The position numbers were made by a program, and so were the translations under genes. A stretch of 64,000 bases of DNA from Chrysomallon squamiferum (Eukaryota > Animalia > Mollusca): the NCBI GenBank assembly GCA_012295275.1, contig CM022665.1, positions 41,292,001 to 41,356,000 of the forward strand, written 5' to 3'. A model generated the notes under the pieces. That model made no database searches, was not told where the DNA came from, and worked only from the letters and a program-made list of their open reading frames with translations. Positions 29,957 through 44,315 of this stretch are shown piece by piece. Position 1 is the stretch's first letter; every line of letters begins with the position of its first letter.

Positions 29957-30898
29957 CTATTTATATATCACAATGACCTCGCAAAATATTTTTGAAAACA
30001 TTAATGATGTTATCTACTAATCATTAAAAACTGTCTAAAATTTAACAGAAGCAATGATCAATTAAATAATCCATTTTTTTTTTTTTTTCTCTAATCGTTA
30101 TATAAACTTAACGTACCAGAATCAAAATTACAGATTTGTATTTGGACGTGGGCACGTAAAAAGAGTTATCCAATACAGATTTTTTTTTATTCCTTCAGTT
30201 TATTGTTTGTGATAATTTACATGATGTGAAGGGAAAACGTTTAGAGTTTTGCTTATGTCATCTGTTAAAGGCAAATACGAGTACTGTCTATTTGATTTCT
30301 TTTATCAAGGTTGTATTTCATAGAAAAAAAAAAAAAATAATAATAATAATTAATATAAAAATATTTTAAAAATTAAAAATTGTAGATTTAATTGTATATG
30401 TTTTTAAACAAACAACTATAAATATACTTATAAAAAAGAAGAGGTAAATAGAACAAAAATAGCAGATTTACTTATATATATATATATATATTTGAACAAA
30501 CAAATATAAAAATAATTATTAAAAAAAAAAAAAAAATAGAAGGAAAAAAATAGACTGAAATCGTAGGGGAATTGCTTTATAAAAAATCTTTTGTTATCTA
30601 TCTGAGCAAAATAATATGATAGTCACAAATATTTAATATTTCGCTTTCTTTCTCAGTCTGTTATGAATAACATGCGGTACATAATTATAATCAGAGCATC
30701 AAAGTCTGCAAGATAGGTTAAAGGTTATCATCGTATTATCACGAGTGTATCCACATATCTCTTTATCTATCTGTAAATACATATACACAAACACAGTCAC
30801 ACACACACACACATATAAGAGAGGCCGAGAGTGAATGAGAGAGAGGCAGAAAATGAACGAGAGAGAGGCGAGAGTGAACCACAAAGAGGTCGAGAATG

Positions 30899-30936
<38 letters not shown>

Positions 30937-32046
30937 AACAAGAAAGTCGGAGATAAACGGGACAAAGAGAAATTAACTGACTGAACACAAAAATGACTGT
31001 TTGGCACACTTTAATACAGATATAGATTCTTCCTGGTCATTAACACATACCTGTTCAATTACGTGGCTAATAATGTCGTGTTATATTCTATATTTATCTG
31101 GTACAGATATGTCGTTTAGATCTATAACTGACCTTTTATCTTGGTACCGTTTGATATACACTGATGTGTATTGACTTTTCTTTTCTAGAAGGCTTCAAAT
31201 GAAATTCTCGAATCGTTATTTCGACACGTTAGATCAGCTTAAAAAATAAATCAAACGAAAAAAATTACGGATATATCACTGACTTTAATACAGTGTACAC
31301 ATGAACCAGAAAAACTCATGAAATATTTAGACTTCAAGCTTTTTCTCTTCAGTAATATTAAATGTACATTACTGATTGATATAAAAAAAAAAAAAAAAAA
31401 CATGTTTAACGATAAGATGAAAACTTCATTTATTATTAATTTATTTTCAATTCATTTTTAAGTGGTTTTTTTTTTTTTTTAAAGTATTAATACTTTTATT
31501 ATTATTATTGTTATTATTGCAGCACTATGTTATATACCTTTACAACAAATAAACCTCGTGTTTTACTGCACGATCCCATCAGAGCACAAGTTCGTCTATT
31601 TTAATGTTTGAGTAATTACTACATTTGACCTTCTTGAACCGGCAAGCTGATAGTAATTACAGTATAATTATCTTCAAAATCTAAGGTTCAAAACATAACG
31701 TGTATGTACTTAGCTTTTAAGAACGTGAGTGAGTCCAAATTTAGCTTCTGATTGATTACAGCTGGTAACAGTTTCATTTTAAAGACCGATAGATGATCGA
31801 ACACCTGAAAACACTCCCCCACATTTTCACATTAGTGGGATTTTTTTTTTTTTTTTTTTTTTTAAATTTATTATTTAAACGTTTCTGCCATTTGCATTTG
31901 GATGATCTCGAATACATGACGTGGCGCCCTCTGTCTGCTCTTGTGGATACCACTCTGTATGATATCATGTTGATGACATTGTAGTGACTTTCTGATCTTA
32001 CTGTTTTGCAGTTGGTAGTAGTAATAGGAGTGGTAATAGCAGTAGC

Positions 32047-32116
<70 letters not shown>

Positions 32117-34414
32117 ATAGTAGTAATAGTAGTAGTAGTAGTAGTAGTAGATTATTTGCAATAATATCATTTTGATGACATTGTGGTGGATAGATGATCT
32201 TATTGTTTAGTAGTAGTAGTAGTAATAGTAATAGTAGTAACAGTAGTAATAGTAGTAATAGTAATAGTAGTAATAGTAGTAACAGTAATAGTAGTAGTAT
32301 TAGTAGTGGCAATGGTACTAATAGTAATTGTAGCAATAGTAGAAGAATCAAAACTTTCATAACATTTTTATTGCATTGATTTTGTTGTATTATTATTATT
32401 ATTATTAGTAGTAGTAGTAGTAGTTTTGTAGTAGTGGTTGTAGTAGTATTGTTGTTATTATTATTAGTAGTAGTAGTAGTAGTGGTTGTAGTAGTATTGT
32501 TGTTATTATTCACAGTCACTTCATCTAAGAAACTCCTTACTTCTTTCTTTCTTTTTTTAACCGTTTTCACTTTTTATTTTTTGCTAGTAACATTACTCTT
32601 TATAACCCTTTATAAGTCTCATTATCCCTCCATATACATTATCGTTAAAAAAAAAAAAAAAAAAATTAAATTTAAATAAATTAAAATTGAATTTTTTTTT
32701 TTTCTAAAGCTGGCAGACATTAAATTTACATTTCACTATCGCGTGAGCCTACTGATCTGTTTTCCATTCTAGTACTTTAATGTTTCACTGTAATGACATC
32801 ATCTTTAAAGTACTTTTAAATTACGTATAGGAAAACACAATGACCTCACAAAAGAAAGAGGTGACTGGAGAAGTCGCTAAAAAAAGCCGAAAAAACAAAT
32901 CCTTTAATCTTAACTGGATATATATATATATATGTATAAAAGCACGAGAATAAAATAATTTCACTTTTTTAATTCCTGATACATGTACAAAAGCACGGGA
33001 TTAATTAAACTCTTCACGATCATTTCTAACATTTCACAAGCAAGGTCAGAACATTTTTATTTAATAGTTTTTGGTTATTGGCATCCAAAGGTAGAGTAAT
33101 TGCATTAAAGAATCGTTAATTTTTTTTTTTTTTCGTATGACAACCACTGATATTTAATTTTAAAAAAAAGGGCAAGAAAAGCATTATTCTTTTTGCTGGA
33201 AAAGTAATGAAAAATAACTGAATACATCATTTGATTTTCTCGACACGTTCGCTGTAAACCCGTCACACGGAAGGCTCGAAAAACCAGGTTAAGACCCACT
33301 CCGATTTAAACCCTGTATTTGCACAAAAGCACAATAATTAAACTGTTAAATCGTTTGATTCTCTTCGTATTTATTTCACGAAAACCATTAATGATTCTCG
33401 CGTACTGTTAGACAAAAAAAAAAAATGTTATTAAAATCTTAACGTGATATTAGTAGTACACATGTCTACGAATTAATTCAACAAATCGTTTGATTTCCTA
33501 TCGTATAACATGGAAAAGCAGAATATTATGATTAATTCGTAATTGGATATCAACTCTAAGTACAGTATTTAAATTAAGCCGATGCATGTTGACTACGACT
33601 GTATTAATCACACGCTGCCGTGGCCGTGACCTAGACAACGCTACCATTTTAGACTCTCGTCTGCTTCTTCTGTGTTAGCTGAGTGGTAATAAGATCGATC
33701 CTTACTGATCAACCCATCGAATGATGTCTCGTTCTAACCAGTGCTCGAAGGGTAGTGTGACACAGGTCGTGTTATGAACTTTGCTGTTTGTGGGATTGTG
33801 CCTATATAAAAAAAAAAAAATGTTGCTTTCTGATAAACAGATATCTGAATGGTTCGTAATCTTATGTCCAGCATAATAGGTCATTTCAGTTTTTGTTTTT
33901 TCCTTTCCTTTTCTACTGATGAATTTTATTCTAACAAAATATGTACGAACTGCATAGTGAAAAGAATTGAACAGAATTTTGTATACAAATATTTTATTTC
34001 ATGTTTTATTCTATTAACGATAAGTAGACAAGACTATATATATTTGCCAAGTCAACATTACTGATGTGTATGTATGTGTGTGTGTGCGTGTGCGTGTGTG
34101 TTTAATTAAAAAATAAAAATACAAGTAAATAAAACAGCAGCAGCAGCAGCAACAACAACGACAACAACGACGACAACAACAACAACAACAACAATAATAA
34201 CAGCAGAACAACGAGAAGAACAACAGCAACAATATTAATAAGATAAAAATCTCTAATCACTTTACTAGTTAAGGACTCATACTTTAAAAACGTCTTAATA
34301 ACAAAAGGGCAAAGCTCTGGCACTGATGTCGAATTGGTCATTAAAAAACAGTACCGGGGCAGATCTGATCGACTGAGCCACGTCATCCTTTTAGTAGGAT
34401 CACCTCAGGCGGAA

Positions 34415-34472
34415 TAACTGATATATCCAGTCAAGGCCTTCTTCAGTTTCACCTTGACCTTCATTGCAGTTA
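34415..34472 (-). promoter_or_regulatory. SECIS element of SELENOL copy C
   Basis: RNA: UAACUG CA AUGAA GGUCAAGGU G AAA CU GAAGA AG GCCUUGACU GGAU AUAU CAGUUA. Shows helix I, AUGA/GA quartet, 9-bp helix II and apical AAA. Lies in the non-coding last exon starting at 34500. Confidence 0.88.
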
Positions 34473-34657
34473 ATACCTGAGCTGGCTTTCGATCAGAAGT
34501 CTGAAATATAAATGAAATATATATTAAAAATAATGGTTAATGTGAAATTTTAAACAGATTTTATTCTTTATAACATGTAAACACAAATGAAGTTGTTCAG
34601 TGATAAAATTAGACACACATGAATGTATAAAGATACATATGTGTGTGTGTGTGTGTG

Positions 34658-34734
<77 letters not shown>

Positions 34735-34774
34735 GGACGGTGGTAGGGAAGGATAATGAATTTATAAATTACCT

Positions 34775-36220
34775 TCACAAATGCCAAGTCAACATTACTG
34801 ATTTGTCTGTGATTTCTTTAAGAGTTTCCAACAGAAAATCAGTTGTTGGTCTGTCCTTCGCTGACTTTCCAAAAAACTGCAGTTTTACTGTTCCGTTCTG
34901 ATCAATGATAAAATCCCCTCCCATCTGAAGATTGACAGCAATACAATATTACATTTAGTAATGGTAATGTTTTTTTGTTTTTTTCACACGTTTGTTATTG
35001 TTTGCAGATGCTCTACGGTATATTTTTGTAAGTTAAGTGATTGTAATACGGTGTCTAATTTATTTACATTAATTCCTCTTTATACGTCGTTTGTGTTTTC
35101 AAACGACCCTTTGAGGATATATACAGACGAAACCCTTTTTTACTTTGGTTCTATTATTTATTAATTTATATTTTTTATTTTACTATTATTACTGTGTTAT
35201 TTGAGAGTATGGCTGATACCAAACCTCAACATGTTCTTGTTAATTAACAGCAAGGTATCTTTCGTACGCGAAATATCTAGAACACTGATTGGAATGAAAA
35301 ATACGTTTATGGACGACGAATCGTTATATCTCTGCACACACTCTAACTACGAAGTACTCTGTCGCGTCCATTCTGGATACTGTTTGATGAATGTATTCTT
35401 TTTATATTCATTATTAGAATATATATTTAGTGCTTGCGTGACTTCTTCACTGCATGACGTCATTTGATTAGACACACACACACACACACACATATAGAAA
35501 CCCACCCACCCACACACACACACACACACACGCATACACTGCTAGCAGGCATATACTCATTTTATACGGTAACAACCGTAATGTAAAGTAATGTAAAGTG
35601 AAATAAAGTAAATAAATAAATAAACAAATAAATCAAAGAAAACCTGGTTTGGATCGTCGTGAAGGTCCGCGTAAGGGCGTGGCAAAGATCTTTCAGCAGC
35701 CATTTGTTCCCCGTAATACACCATACAGGCGACAGACCAAACCTGCAAGGAAAATATTTCTGCAGTTTTATTTATTTATTTGTATTAACATTCATTCATA
35801 TATATAGTTCATATAAATGAAAACCTAAATGAATTTCTACACATACATATATTGGTATTCAAGTCCTCTCTTCATAATATTTTATTTTAACCTTTTTTCT
35901 TTCTTTCTTTTTTATTTATTTATTTTTTTTTTTTTCTTTCTTTTTTTTTTTTTTTTTTTTTTACCACGAAATAAAAAGGCTTATATAAAAACTTACCATA
36001 GAAACAGATTTTATCATACCAAACGCTGCATAGACCTGAATGTATAACATAAAATATGCTTGAATGCATACCTAACAAGAACTGCAAGCATATTGAGAAA
36101 ACAATTAAAGCAACTAAAAAGAAGAAGAAAAAAACTGAAATCAAATACGATAAATAGAGAAAGAACGAAAGAGAGACATAATGAGACAAAGAGAGAGATT
36201 ACAAGGACGCACTTGAACAA

Positions 36221-36256
<36 letters not shown>

Positions 36257-37868
36257 GAAGGCGTGTTTAGAGTTACCTTTCTTCCGGAATCCAGCAGAAG
36301 GTCAAAAGGGCAATTGGTGTCAGCCAACCAGCGCTCGGCTCCAGAACGTGCACCAAATGAAAGCAAAAGAATCTGTGAGTTAGCTAAAGAAAATTCGTTC
36401 TGGAACAGAAAGATAATTATATTTAATTTCCACGGAAAACAAAGTAATAAATAAAAATTACAAATCATGAAAGGATTCAAGCTTTCTGAAAATAAACTGT
36501 TTGCTTTATGAGGTATACCTGTAACATGCATAGATATATAGTCTTTCCCCGGCATTATCGTTTAATATCACAGACAACAACAATAGTAATAATAATTACA
36601 ATAACAACAGTAATAATAATAATAATAAAATATGTTTTACGCATTCACATACAACATCTAACACTAGCATTACTAACACCACAACCACTACTACTACTAC
36701 TGCTACTACTACTACTGCTGCTACTACTACTTATATAATTCAACAATGTGCCGTATCCAGTATCTACTACTATTGTTTACTACCACTACCACTTCCACTG
36801 CTAATACTACCACCACCACCATTACTACTATTATTATAACTACTACTATTACTACTGCTATTACTAATCTACTTCTACTACTTCTACACTACTAATCGGC
36901 TATTACTGCTATTAATAACATTAGTAACAGCAGTAGTATCTGTAGTAGCAGCAACGTGGTGATAATGGTAACAAGTAGTAATAGTAGTAGCAGTAGCAGT
37001 AGTAGTACTAGTAGTACTAGTAGTAGTAATAGTAGTAGTAGTAGTAGTAGCAGCAGCACTAGTAGCGAGAAAAGAAAAAGAAGACCATATTGACCTGTCT
37101 AGCCACTAGCTGTGACACGTGATCTCGTCATGGAAGTCAAGCAAAATGGCGGAGAGCAACAAGAACAATATTCTGCTGTCCCAGATATTCTTTGATTGTT
37201 ACTGTTTTTCCCGTTCTAGCGTCAACCAGTGGGATGTTCACAGGCCCTTGCTGCCCTAACTCAACAGAGTGGAGTTTTCCTTCATTAATATTTTTGTCTA
37301 TTAGCTTTAGAACGTTATCCCATTGATGCTAAACAAAACGAAATAGCGTTGAGACTATAACTTTTATTATTTCAGTACAGTAATCATAATTATGATATAT
37401 CGTGTTGTCTGTAACGCATTCAAATAAAAATATTAATTTTTAAAATAAAATAAAACATTTGTATTAAAACTGAATTATATTTATATGTTGCATTTTCGAA
37501 AACGAAAATGAATCTTAGGTAAATAATTTTCTTCGAATAAATGAAATGAAATGAAATGAAATCAAATAATAAAAGGCACGTTAAATCTTCACGCATTCAA
37601 AAGAAACGAAAAAAAAAAAAAAAAAAAATAAATAAATAAAATAAAAAAAAAAAAATAATAAAAAAAAAAATAGTAATAATTAAAAAAAAAATAAATACAA
37701 TAAAATAAAAATAAAAATAATAATAATAAAAAATCAAAGAAATAATATATAAAACAAACAAAAAAATAAAAATATAAATAAATAAATAAATAAAAATATT
37801 AAAAATAAAAACATTGTTCACTTACCTCAACACTTACATATTCGTTTATAACATCACGATAGTGAAAT
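34775..37868 (-). CDS. SELENOL: Selenoprotein L, duplicated 3' module (copy C): exons 4-9 intact, no exons 1-3 of its own
   Basis: Exons 37868-37826, 37328-37095 (UGA at 37139-37137 and 37130-37128), 36399-36277, 36035-35997, 35742-35644, 34924-34775. All GT-AG and in frame; protein identical to copy B. May be an alternative 3' module, a partial pseudogene or an uncollapsed allele. Confidence 0.7.
37095..37328 (-). CDS. SELENOL: SELENOL copy C catalytic exon with UxxU (two Sec)
   Basis: HQWDNVLKLIDKNINEGKLHSVELGQQGPVNIPLVDARTGKTVTIKEYLGQQNIVLVALRHFA-U-LP-U-RDHVSQLVARQ; 234 nt, phase 0/0. Confidence 0.85.
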
Positions 37869-38071
37869 CTGGATAATAAAATTAAGTTAGTTTAGTTAAT
37901 AAATAAAGAGAACATTAATAAAATAATGCAAAAGACGCTCGGAAAAAACTGGTTTACTTGTCAAATAAATTTATTTTATCCTAAGCTTGAAGTAATTAAC
38001 CTTAGTGGTCTGATGGACGAAAGATGAAAATATGCTCTGTTAAACAGAGTGAAGTTAAAATAATATATCTA

Positions 38072-38143
<72 letters not shown>

Positions 38144-38357
38144 AATACTCTGATTTCAATCCATAGACAGAAACGAAAACCAGTCTATAATATATCCCCC
38201 ATACACTGAAGATTAGAGAATATTTCTAATACACGACGTGGCGCCCTCTGTCTGCTCTTGTGGATACCACTGTGTATGATATCATGTTGATGACATTGTA
38301 GTGACTCTCTGATCTTACTGTTTTGCAGTTGGTAGTAGTAATAGGAGTGGTAATAGC

Positions 38358-38391
<34 letters not shown>

Positions 38392-40357
38392 ATAGTAGTA
38401 GTAATAGTAGTAGTAATAGTAGTAATAGTAGTAGTAGTAGTAGTAGTAGTAGATTATTTGCAATAATATCATTTTGATGACATTGCAATAATATCATTTT
38501 GATGACATTGCAATAATATCATTTTGATGGACAGATGATCTTATTGTTTAGTAGTAGCAGTAGTAGTAATAGTAATAGTAGTAACAGTAGTAACAGTAGT
38601 AATAGTAATAGTAGTAACAGTAATAGTAGTAGTATTAGTAGTGGCAATGGTACTAATAGTAATTGTAGCAATAGTAGAAGAATCAAAACTTTCATAACTT
38701 TTTTATTGCATTGATTTTGCTGTTGTAGTGGTCGTAGTAGTATTGTTGTTATTATTCACAGTCACTTCATCTAAGAAACTCATTACTTCTTTTTTCTTTT
38801 TTTAACCGTTTTCACTTTTTATTTTTTGCTAGTAACATTACTCTTTATAACCCTTTATAAGTGTCATTATCCCTCCATATACATTATAGTTAAAAAAAAA
38901 AAAAAAAAAATTAAATTTAAATAAATTAAAATTGAATTTTTTTTTCTTCTAAAGCTGGCAGACATTAAATTTACATTTCACTATCGCGTGAGCCTACTGA
39001 TCTGTTTTCCATTCTAGTACTTTAATGTTTCACTGTAATGACATCATCTTTAAAGTACTTTTAAATTACGTATAGGAAAACACAATGACCTCACAAAAGA
39101 AAGAGGTGATTGGAGAAGTCGCTAAAAAAAGCCGAAAAAACAAATCCTTTAATCTTAACTGGATATATATATATATGTATAAAAGCACGAGAATAAAATA
39201 ATTTCACTTTTTTAATTCCTGATACATGTACAAAAGCACGGGATTAATTAAACTCTTCACGATCATTTCTAACATTTCACAAGCAAGGTCAGAACATTTT
39301 TATTTAATAGTTTTTGGTTATTGGCATCCAAAGGTAGAGTAATTGCATTAAAGAATCGTTTATTTTTTTTTTTTTTCGTATGACAACCACTGATATTTAA
39401 TTTTAAAAAAAGGGCAAGAAAAGCATTATTCTTTTTGCTGGAAAAGTAATGAAAAATAATTGAATACATCATTTGATTTTCTCGACACGTTCGCTGTAAA
39501 CCCGTCACACGGAAGGCTCGAAAAACCAGGTTAAGACCCACTCCGATTTAAACCCTGTATTTGCACAAAAGCACAATAATTAAACTGTTAAATCGTTTGA
39601 TTCTCTTCGTATTTATTTCACGAAAACCATTAATGATTCTCGCGTACTGTTAGACAAAAAAAAAATGTTATTAAAATCTTAACGTGATATTAGTAGTACA
39701 CATGTCTACGAATTAATTCAACAAATCGTTTGATTTCCTATCGTATAACATGGAAAAGCAGAATATTATGATTAATTCGTAATTGGATATCAACTCTAAG
39801 TACAGTATTTAAATTAAGCCGATGCATGTTGACTACGACTGTATTAATTACACGCTGCCGTGGTCATGACCTAGACAACGCTACCATTTTAGACTCTCGT
39901 CTGCTTCTTCTGTGTTAGCTGACTGGTAATAAGATCGATCCTTACTGATGAACCCATCGACTGATGTCTCGTTCTAACCAGTGCTCGAAGGGTAGTGTGA
40001 CACAGGTCGTGTTATGAACTTTGCTGTTTGTGGGATTGTGCCTATATAAAAAAAAAAAATGTTGCTTTCTGATAAACAGATATCTGAATGGTTCGTAATC
40101 TTATGTCCAGCATAATAGGTCATTTCAGTTTTTTTTTTTCCTTTCCTTTTCTACTGATGAATTTTATTCTAACAGAATATGTACGAACTGCATAGTGAAA
40201 AGAATTGAACAGAATTTTGGATACAAATATTTTATTTCATGTTTTATTCTATTAACGATAAGTAGACAAGACTATATATATTTGCCAAGTCAACATTACT
40301 GATGTGTGCGTGTGCGTGTGTGTGTGTAATTAAAAAATACAAATACAAATAAATAAA

Positions 40358-40388
<31 letters not shown>

Positions 40389-40640
40389 CAACGACAACGA
40401 CAACAACAACAACAACAATAATAACAGCAGAGCAACGAGAAGAACAACAGCAACAATATTAATAAGATAAAAATCTCTAATCGCTTTACTAGTTAAGGAC
40501 TCATACTTTAAAAACGTCTTAATAACAAAAGGGCAAAGCTCTGGCACTGATGTCGAATTGGTCATTAAAAAACAGTACCGGGGCAGATCTGATCGACTGA
40601 GCCACGTCATGTCCTTTTAGTAGGATCACCTCAGGCGGAA

Positions 40641-40698
40641 TAACTGATATATCCAGTCAAGGCCTTCTTCAGTTTCACCTTAACCTTCATTGCAGTTA
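40641..40698 (-). promoter_or_regulatory. SECIS element of SELENOL paralog B
   Basis: Same fold as copy C. The single difference (GGUUAAGG vs GGUCAAGG) turns a C-G pair into a U-G wobble, which preserves the structure. Lies in the non-coding last exon starting at 40726. Confidence 0.88.
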
Positions 40699-40889
40699 AT
40701 ACCTGAGCTGGCTTTCGATCAGAAGTCTGAAATATAAATGAAATATATATTAAAAATAATGGTTAATGTGAAATTTTAAACAGATTTTATTCTTTATAAC
40801 ATGTAAACACAAATGAAGTTGTTCAGTGATAAAATTAGACACACATGAATGTATAAAGATACATATGTGTGTGTGTGTGTGTGTGTGTG

Positions 40890-40970
<81 letters not shown>

Positions 40971-41010
40971 GGACGATGGTAGGGAGGGATAATGAATTTA
41001 TAAATTACCT

Positions 41011-41725
41011 TCACAAATGCCAAGTCAACATGACTGATTTGTCAGTGATTTCTTTAAGAGTTTCCAACAGAAAATCAGTTGTTGGTCTGTCCTTCGCTGA
41101 CTTTCCAAAAAACTGCAGTTTTACTGTTCCGTTCTGATCAATGATAAAATCGCCTCCCATCTGAAGATTGACAGCAATACAGTATTACATTTAGTAATGG
41201 TAATGTTTTGTTTTTATCACACGTTTGTTATTGTTTGTAGATGCTCTACGGTATATTTTTGTAAGTTAAGTGATTGTAATGCGGTGTCTAATTTATTTAC
41301 ATTAATTCCTCTTTATACGTCGTTTGTGTTTTCAAACGACCCTTTGAGGATATATACAGACGAAACCCTTTTTTTCTTTGGTTCTATTATTTATTAATTT
41401 ATATTTTTTATTTTACTATTATTACTGTGTTATTTTAGAGTATGGCTGATACCAAACCTCAACACGTTCTTGTTAATTAACAGCAAGGTATCTTTCGTAC
41501 GCGAAATATCTAGAACACTGATTGGAATGAAAAATACGTTTATGGACGACGAATCGTTATATCTCTGCACACACTCTAACTACGAAGTACTCTGTCGCGT
41601 CCATTCTGGATACTGTTTGATGAATGTATTCTTTTTATATTCATTATTAGAATATATATTTAGTGCTTGCGTGACTTCTTCACTGCATGACGTCATTTGA
41701 TTAGACACACACACATATAGAAACC

Positions 41726-41767
<42 letters not shown>

Positions 41768-42470
41768 TACACTGATAGCAGGCATATACTCATTTTATAC
41801 GGTAACAACCATAATGTAAAGTAATGTAAAGTAAAATAAAGTAAATAAATAAATAAACATAATAAATCAAAGAAAACCTGGTTTGGATCGTCGTGAAGGT
41901 CCGCGTAAGGGCGTGGCAAAGATCTTTCAGCAGCCATTTGTTCCCCGTAATACACCATACAGGCAACAGACCAAACCTGCAAGGAAAATATTTCTGCAGT
42001 TTTATTTATTTATTTATTTATTTATTTGTATTAACATTCATTCATATATATATAGTTCATATAAATGAAAACCTAAATGAATTACTGCACATACATATAC
42101 TGGTATTCAAGTCCTCTCTTCATAATATTTTATTTTAACCTTTTTTCTTTCTTTCTTTTTTATTTATTTATTTTTTTTTTTTTCTTTCTTTCTTTATTTT
42201 TTTTTTTTTTTTACCACGAAATAAAAAGGCTTATATAAAAACTTACCATAGAAACAGATTTTATCATACCAAACGCTGCATAGACCTGAATGTATAACAT
42301 AAAATATGCTTGAATGCATACCTAACAAGAACTGCAAGCATATTGAGAAAACAATTAAAGCAACTAAAAAGAAGAAGAAAAAAACTGAAATCAAATACGA
42401 TAAATAGAGAAAGAACGAAAGAGAGACATAATGAGACAAAGAGAGAGATTACAAGGACGCACTTGAACAA

Positions 42471-42503
<33 letters not shown>

Positions 42504-44275
42504 GAAGGCGTGTTTAGAGTTACCTTTCTTCCGGAATCCAGCAGAAGGTCAAAAGGGCAATTGGTGTCAGCCAACCAGCGCTCGGCTCCAGAACGTGCAC
42601 CAAATGAAAGCAAAAGAATCTGTGAGTTAGCTAAAGAAAATTCGTTCTGGAACAGAAAGATAATTATATTTAATTTCCACGGAAAACAAAGTAATAAATA
42701 AAAATTACAAATCATGAATGGATTCAAGCTTTCTGAAAATAAACTGTTTGCTTTATGAGGTATACCTGTAACATGCATAGATATATAGTCTTTCCCCGAC
42801 ATTATCGTTTAATATCACAGACAACAACAACAATAGTAATAATAATTACAATAACAACAGTAATAATAATAATAATAATAAAATATGTTTTACGCATTCA
42901 CATACAACATCTAACACTAGTATTACTAACACCACAACCACTACTACTACTACTGCTACTACTACTACTGCTGTTACTACTACTTATATAATTCAACAAT
43001 GTGTCGTATCCAGTATCTACTACTATTGTTTACTACCTCTACCACCATTACTATTACTACTATTATTATAACTACTACTATTACTACTGCTATTACTAAT
43101 CTACTTCTACTACTTCTACACTACTAATCTGCTATTACTACTATTAATAACATTAGTAATAGCAGTAGTATCTGTAGTAGCAGTAGCAGTAGTAGCAGTA
43201 GTAGTAGTAGTAGTAGTAGTAGTAATAGTAGTAGTTATAGTAGTAGTAGCAGTAGTAGTAGCAAGAAAAGAAAAAGAAGACTATATTGACCTGTCTAGCC
43301 ACTAGCTGTGACACGTGATCTCGTCATGGAAGTCAAGCAAAATGGCGGAGAGCAACAAGAACAATATTCTGCTGTCCCAGATATTCTTTGATTGTTACTG
43401 TTTTTCCCGTTCTAGCGTCAACCAGTGGGATGTTCACAGGCCCTTGCTGCCCTAACTCAACAGAGTGGAGTTTTCCTTCATTAATATTTTTGTCTATTAG
43501 CTTTAGAACGTTATCCCATTGATGCTAAACAAAACGAAATAGCGTTGAGACTATAACTTTTATTATTTCAGTACAGTAATCATAATTATGATATATCGTG
43601 TTGTCTGTAAAGCATTCAAATAAAAAATTTAATTATTAAAATAAAATAAAACATTTGTATTAAAACTGAATTATATTTATATGTTGCATTTTCGAAAACG
43701 AAAATGAATCTTAGGTAAATAATTTTCTTCGAATAAATGAAATCAAATGAAATGAAATGAAATCAAATAATAAAAGGCACGTTAAATCTTCACGCATTCA
43801 TAAGAAACGAAAAAAAAAAAAAAAAAAAATAAATAAATAAATAAATAAAAAAAAAAAAAAAAAAAAAAATAGTAATAATTAAAAAAAAAATAAATACAAT
43901 AAAATAAAAATAAAAATAATAATAATAAAAAATCAAAAAAATAATATATAAAACAAAAAAAAAAAAAAAAAAATAAATAAATAAATAAATAAAAATATTA
44001 AAAATAAAAACATTGTTCACTTACCTCAACACTTACATATTCGTTTATAACATCACGATAGTGAAATCTGGATAATAAAATTAAGTTAATTTAGTTAATA
44101 AATAAAGAAAACATTAATAAAATAATGCAAAAGACGCTCTGAAAAACTGGTTTACTTGTCAAATAAATTTATTTTATCCAAAGCTTGAAGTAATTAACCT
44201 TAGTGGTCTAATGGACGAAAGATGACAATATGCTCTGTTAAACAGAGTGAAGTTAAAATAATATATCTATATCTA

Positions 44276-44315
<40 letters not shown>

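Noticed and set aside
27550-31900. Short ORFs between the GPCR and the duplication
   Set aside because: Low-complexity or microsatellite-derived, with no recognisable motif or consistent exon chain.
34300-34400. Second SECIS for the second Sec (further AUGA motifs in the 3'UTR)
   Set aside because: No correctly spaced apical AA or pairing GA quartet; one SECIS per copy is what is expected for SELENOL.
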